Source: an uncultured bacterium (GTDB lineage: Bacteria; Chloroflexota; UBA5177; JANWHV01). From it: DNA of 64,000 nt. Position 1 is the first letter of the stretch, and each line of letters opens with the position of its first letter. Below the pieces are notes generated by a model, which had not been told where the DNA came from, did not search any database, and worked only from the letters and a program-made list of their open reading frames with translations. The stretch spans positions 1,569,221-1,633,220 of the forward strand of contig CAWHAE010000012.1 in assembly GCA_963827235.1 (NCBI GenBank), written 5' to 3'. The translations under genes were made by a program, and so were the position numbers. This document shows positions 60,006 to 64,000 of this stretch, one piece after another.

Positions 60006-61064
60006 ATGCAAGCGACCCAGTCGCGTCAAGACGCCGTGCAACGCACACGCAGCTCCCTCGCGACCTTCGTCTTCGGCCCCGAGAGCCTGCTCGCCTACCG
60101 TGCGGCCAGCGCCGCCGCCGCCTCTCCCGGCACCACTATCAACCCCCTGTACCTCGTCGGCGGTCCCGGTACGGGCAAGACGCACCTCCTGCAGGCCATT
60201 GCTCACGAGATCGCCCGGCGACCCGGCTCGCCCGAGCCGCTGTACATCACGGCCGAGATATTCAGTCGTGACGCCGCCGCCGCTACGCGCGAGCGGCACG
60301 TCGACGCCCTCTTGCAGCGCTACGCGCGCGCCGGCGCCTTCCTGCTCGACGATCTCACCACGCTCAACGGCTCGGCGGCTGCCCAGGATATACTCCTTGC
60401 CGTCATCACCACGTTCCAGAAGCAACACCGGCAAATCGTGATCAGCGCGGACGCCGAGCCCGCGGCCATCACGCCCGCGGCCGGCGGCCTGGGCGCGGCG
60501 CTGCTTTCCGGTATCGTGGCGCGCATCGGCAAGCCCAGCCTGCGCACCCGCCTTGCCCTGGCCCGCGCGTTTGCCGGGCATGCCCGCGTCTGGTTTGGCG
60601 AGGATGCCCTGCATCTCATCGCCTACCACTGCACCGGCAGTGTCCGCGAGCTGCAAGCGACGATCCACTGCTGCGCGCACCTCGCCACACCCGGTACCAC
60701 TGTCGATGCCGGCATGGCCAAGACCATCCTGCACAACCGGCTGCGCCACGCCTACACGGCGCCCGTGCAGAGCAGCGCCGAGACCATCCTGCACGCGGTC
60801 TGTGCCGAATTCGGCGTCACCGCGGACCAGCTCGTCAGCGCCACGCGCACCGGCGCCGTCGCACAAGCACGGCAAGTCGCGATGTATCTGCTTCGCGCCG
60901 ACGGCGGACTGACCTATGCCACCATCGCCCGCGAGCTGGCACGCGACCATTCCACCGTTATCCATGGCTGCAACCGCATCCAGCACGCCATCGCCGAGAA
61001 CGACGAGGCGCTGCTCTCCGCGCTCTCTGCCGTCCGCCAGACCGTGCTGGACACTCTGAACTAG
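60006..61064 (+). CDS. DnaA paralogue lacking domains I-II (AAA+ domain III plus domain IV)
   Basis: FVFG, NPLYLVGGPGTGKTHLL, LLDD, SVREL and ARQVAMYL..RDHSTVIHG motifs; 352 aa; AAGGA RBS. Confidence 0.9.
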   Translation: MQATQSRQDAVQRTRSSLATFVFGPESLLAYRAASAAAASPGTTINPLYLVGGPGTGKTHLLQAIAHEIARRPGSPEPLYITAEIFSRDAAAATRERHVDALLQRYARAGAFLLDDLTTLNGSAAAQDILLAVITTFQKQHRQIVISADAEPAAITPAAGGLGAALLSGIVARIGKPSLRTRLALARAFAGHARVWFGEDALHLIAYHCTGSVRELQATIHCCAHLATPGTTVDAGMAKTILHNRLRHAYTAPVQSSAETILHAVCAEFGVTADQLVSATRTGAVAQARQVAMYLLRADGGLTYATIARELARDHSTVIHGCNRIQHAIAENDEALLSALSAVRQTVLDTLN

Positions 61065-61124
61065 GCTGCCGGGCTCCTTCTGCGCTCGAAGCGCCCGCTT
61101 TCCGGCTGAGGCCGACTGGGGATC

Positions 61125-61968
61125 TCAACCAGCACCGGTGCGATGTGCAGAATGAATGCGGGCACGTCGGGAATACGCATCCACCACGCATATGGATACT
61201 TGCAGGGCAGTGCCAGATACGCGCCAAGGGCATCTGCTGATCATGAAGACTGTCCGGATGCTGGGCGCTGCAGGATCGGGGGTACCAAGCATCCAACGCC
61301 AGGCCTGGTCATCCAGGACGGTCGCCACCTGCCAGGAGGCACGCTCGCGCATAGCAAGCTTGACGTCAAAGCCTCGCTCGTCGAGCTTGTGTTCAAAATC
61401 GAGCGGGTCGTGGAACGCCTTGACGATGGTAGAGGCACGCCCGTCGGAGAGGAGGCGCGTGGCCCGCGCCGTCGATCCGTTCCCCGGCCTTGGGCGCAAA
61501 CTGGTCGACGACGATCAAGCATCCCCCGGCGCTCACGGCCGGCCGTACGCGGTCCAGGAAGCCGTCGAGAGCCTCGGGAGGCACGTAGGATAGCCACGAG
61601 GCCATGAAGACCAGTCCGTAGGCCTGGTCGGGCTCCCAGGCGAACAGATCGGCCCGCAGGTAGCGCACCCGGCCGCTCGCCACGTTCCGGGCGTTGATGG
61701 CGAGCATTTCCGGCGCGGCGTCGACCGCCGTCACCTGCCGCCCGATGCGAAGCGGCGGCTTGGTCCAGACACCTGTGCCGCAGACCAGCTCCAACACTCG
61801 ATCGGTGGTGGTCACTTGCCGGAGCAGGGTCATGCCGGGAGGTGGACCCGCCGGCAGCAGCGCGTCGAATTCGGCTGCACGCGCCCGATTGTAGGCGATC
61901 TGCTCGTCGCGGAGGGCAGCACTACCGGAGTGCGACACGGGCGCTTGCCTCCCGCCGGCCGGCTTCAC
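61125..61968 (-). pseudogene. Class I SAM methyltransferase, frameshifted (~61468) and degenerate
   Basis: VLELVCGTGVWT, VDAAPEML, ADLFAW and WLSYVP motifs; R.LSDGR..TIVK.F continues in another frame. Confidence 0.75.
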
Positions 61969-62034
61969 TCGGCATCAACGCCGGGAGCACGCTCTTCCCG
62001 CACCCCTGCTCTGCAGCTGATTGTACGGCGCATC

Positions 62035-63811
62035 CTACCGCCGCGCGGCTATCTCCTCGTGCAGCCGGGCAACCAGCTCGTCCACGGCCATGGCACCCAG
62101 GTCCTCGCCGCTGCGCAGGCGCACCGCCACGGCGCCGGCAGCCTGCTCCTTGTCGCCGGCAATCAGCATGTAGGGCACCTTCTGCAGCTGCGCGCGGCGG
62201 ATCTTGGCCTGCATGCGCTCGTTGCCCACGTCGAGCTCCACTCGCAGACCGGCGCGCTGCAGTGCCGCCTCCAGGGTGCGTGCGTAGTCGAGGTGCCGCT
62301 CGTCCGAGATCGGGATCACGACCACCTGGACCGGGGCAAGCCAGAGCGGAAATGCACCGGCAAAGTGTTCGATCAGCACCCCGAAGAAGCGCTCCATGCT
62401 GCCGAGCAGCGCCCGGTGCACCATATAGGGCTGATGGGGCTGCCCATCTTCTCCCGTGTAGGCCAGGCCGAAGCGGGCCGCCATGTTAAAGTCGAACTGG
62501 ACCGTGGAGAGCTGCCACTCGCGGCCCAGGGCATCGCGAACCTTGAGATCGATCTTGGGGCCGTAGAAGGCACCGCCCCCCTCGTCCAGCTCGTAGGGCA
62601 CCGCCTGCTCGACCAAGGCGCGGCGGAGCGCCTCGGTAGCGCGATCCCAGTCGGCGTCGTCGCCCACGCACCTTGTCCGGCCGGGTGGCCAGGTAGCCCT
62701 TGAATTCGCTCAGCCCGAAGCCGCGAAGCACGTAGAGCGAGAATGCCAGGGCGCGGCCGATCTCTTCCTCCACCTGGTCGGGCCGGCAGAAGATATGGGC
62801 GTCGTCTTGCGTGAAGCCGCGCACGCGGGTCAGGCCATGCAGCACGCCGCTGCGCTCGTAGCGGTAGACGGTGCCGAACTCGGCGTAGCGCAGCGGCAGC
62901 TCGCGATAGGAGCGCAGATGCGACTTGTAGATCTGGATGTGGAAGGGGCAGTTCATGGGCTTGGCGTAGTAGAGGTCGCCGTCGATGTCCATCGGCGCGA
63001 ACATGTTCTCGCGGAAGAAACCCAGGTGCCCGGAGGTCTGCCACAGGTTGGCGCGGCCGATGTGCGGCGAGAAGACCCACTGGTAGCCGTGTTCCAGGTG
63101 TGCCTTGCGGCTGAACTCTTCCGCGAGAAGCCGCACCATCGCTCCCTTGGGATGCCAGAGGATCAGCCCCGGACCGACGTCTTCGGAGACGCTGAACAGG
63201 TCCAAATCCTTGCCGAGCCGCCGGTGATCGCGCCTCGCCGCCTCCTCCAGGTGCAGGCGGTAGCGTTCCAGCTCCTCCTTGCTGTGCCAGGCCGTGCCGT
63301 AGATGCGCTGGAGCATGGGCCGCTTCTCATCGCCGCGCCAGTAGGCCCCGGCCACGCTGAGCAGGGCGAAACCGCCGGCGGGGATGTCGCCCGTGCGCTC
63401 CACGTGCGGGCCGCGACAGAGATCCTCGAAGGTGTCCTGACGGTAGGTCGAGATGACGGTGCCCTTGCTGCCGTCGGTGCCGTGCTCGTACCGGCCGGCG
63501 GCGAGCCCATCAATCAGCTCGAGCTTATAGGGCTGGTCATGGAACAGCGCCCGCGCCTCGCCGGCAGCGACGACGCGGGCGACGAAGGGGTGATTGGCGG
63601 CAATGATGCGCCGCATCCGGCGCTCAATCTCGCGGAGGTCGTCGGGGACGAGCGGCCGAGGGAGGGCGAAGTCGTAGTAGAAGCCGTCCTCGATGGGCGG
63701 TCCGATACCCAGCTTGCCCTCGGGGAATAGCTCGAGCACTGCCTGGGCCATGACGTGCGCGGCGGAGTGACGCAGGCGGTAATAGCGGTCGGCGTCGGGT
63801 GAGACTGGCAT
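62035..63811 (-). CDS. thrS: Threonyl-tRNA synthetase with +1 frameshift at ~62670
   Basis: RHSAAH, DLCRGPH, GAYWRG, KPMNCP, RVRGFTQDDAH, AFYGPKID and HRALLGSMERF motifs across two frames. Confidence 0.96.
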
Positions 63812-63829
63812 GGCGGCCTCCAGGGGTTA

Positions 63830-64000
63830 CACAAAGCAAGCCCATCGTTCCCTGCTTCGGGACGACGGGCTCGTCGTGGTCCCACCCAAAGTTCCCCGGA
63901 CCGCCGCATATTGGGCATGGCGCGGGCTCGTTGCGCTGGTAACGGGTGCTCCCGTGCTCCCCTACTGCGCCAACTCGTTCAGGAAGCAGCGCGTGAGGTG
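63830..64000 (-). ncRNA. T-box riboswitch leader of thrS (5' part cut by window end)
   Basis: Minus strand AACTTTGGGTGGGACCACG T-box (63875-63893), CCCGTTA box, and terminator AGCCCGTCGT..ACGATGGGCT-TGCTTTGT. Confidence 0.88.

Noticed and set aside
60006-61064. Canonical chromosomal dnaA/oriC
   Set aside because: Lacks domains I-II and the arginine finger; no dnaN, recF, gyrB or rpmH adjacent
57986-61064. Intact prophage or integrated plasmid
   Set aside because: No integrase, att-like repeats, partition or structural genes are seen; the flanks are ordinary chromosomal genes
62035-63811. Programmed ribosomal frameshift in thrS
   Set aside because: No slippery heptamer at the site; similar single-base insertions elsewhere point to consensus error
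1-64000. tRNA/rRNA genes, reverse transcriptase (retron/DGR) or IS transposases
   Set aside because: No cloverleaf, rRNA-like, RT (YADD-type) or DDE/HUH transposase signatures were recognised by eye

Overview
High-GC bacterial chromosomal segment. The gene content (XRE-NB-ARC-WD40 protein, LacI-like/GAF/PAS kinases, DinB, F420-type nitroreductase, T-box-controlled thrS) suggests a soil Chloroflexota-like organism; this is inference. Most of the window is a mosaic of housekeeping and accessory genes: htrA-like protease, dusB, xylB, pgm, an MCP, three orphan histidine kinases with a shared transmitter module, MFS/ABC transporters, methyltransferases, hicAB and several deleted gene remnants. The most unusual part is 54.3-61.1 kb, where the domains of DnaA appear on three separate genes. 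These are (i) a stand-alone domain IV protein behind a strong promoter with a possible LexA box; (ii) an XRE-coupled, phage-O-like initiator ending in a DnaA domain I-like region, with internal 23-bp-period iteron-like repeats and an A-rich tract; and (iii) a DnaA paralogue with only domains III-IV, which has lost the arginine finger and ssDNA-binding residues and sits behind co-oriented DnaA boxes. Other notable signals are in-frame palindromic DNA insertions in WD40 repeats, a MITE-like inverted-repeat element, and several single-base frameshifts (one in thrS) that probably reflect consensus errors. All assignments come from motif recognition by eye; no database searches were run.
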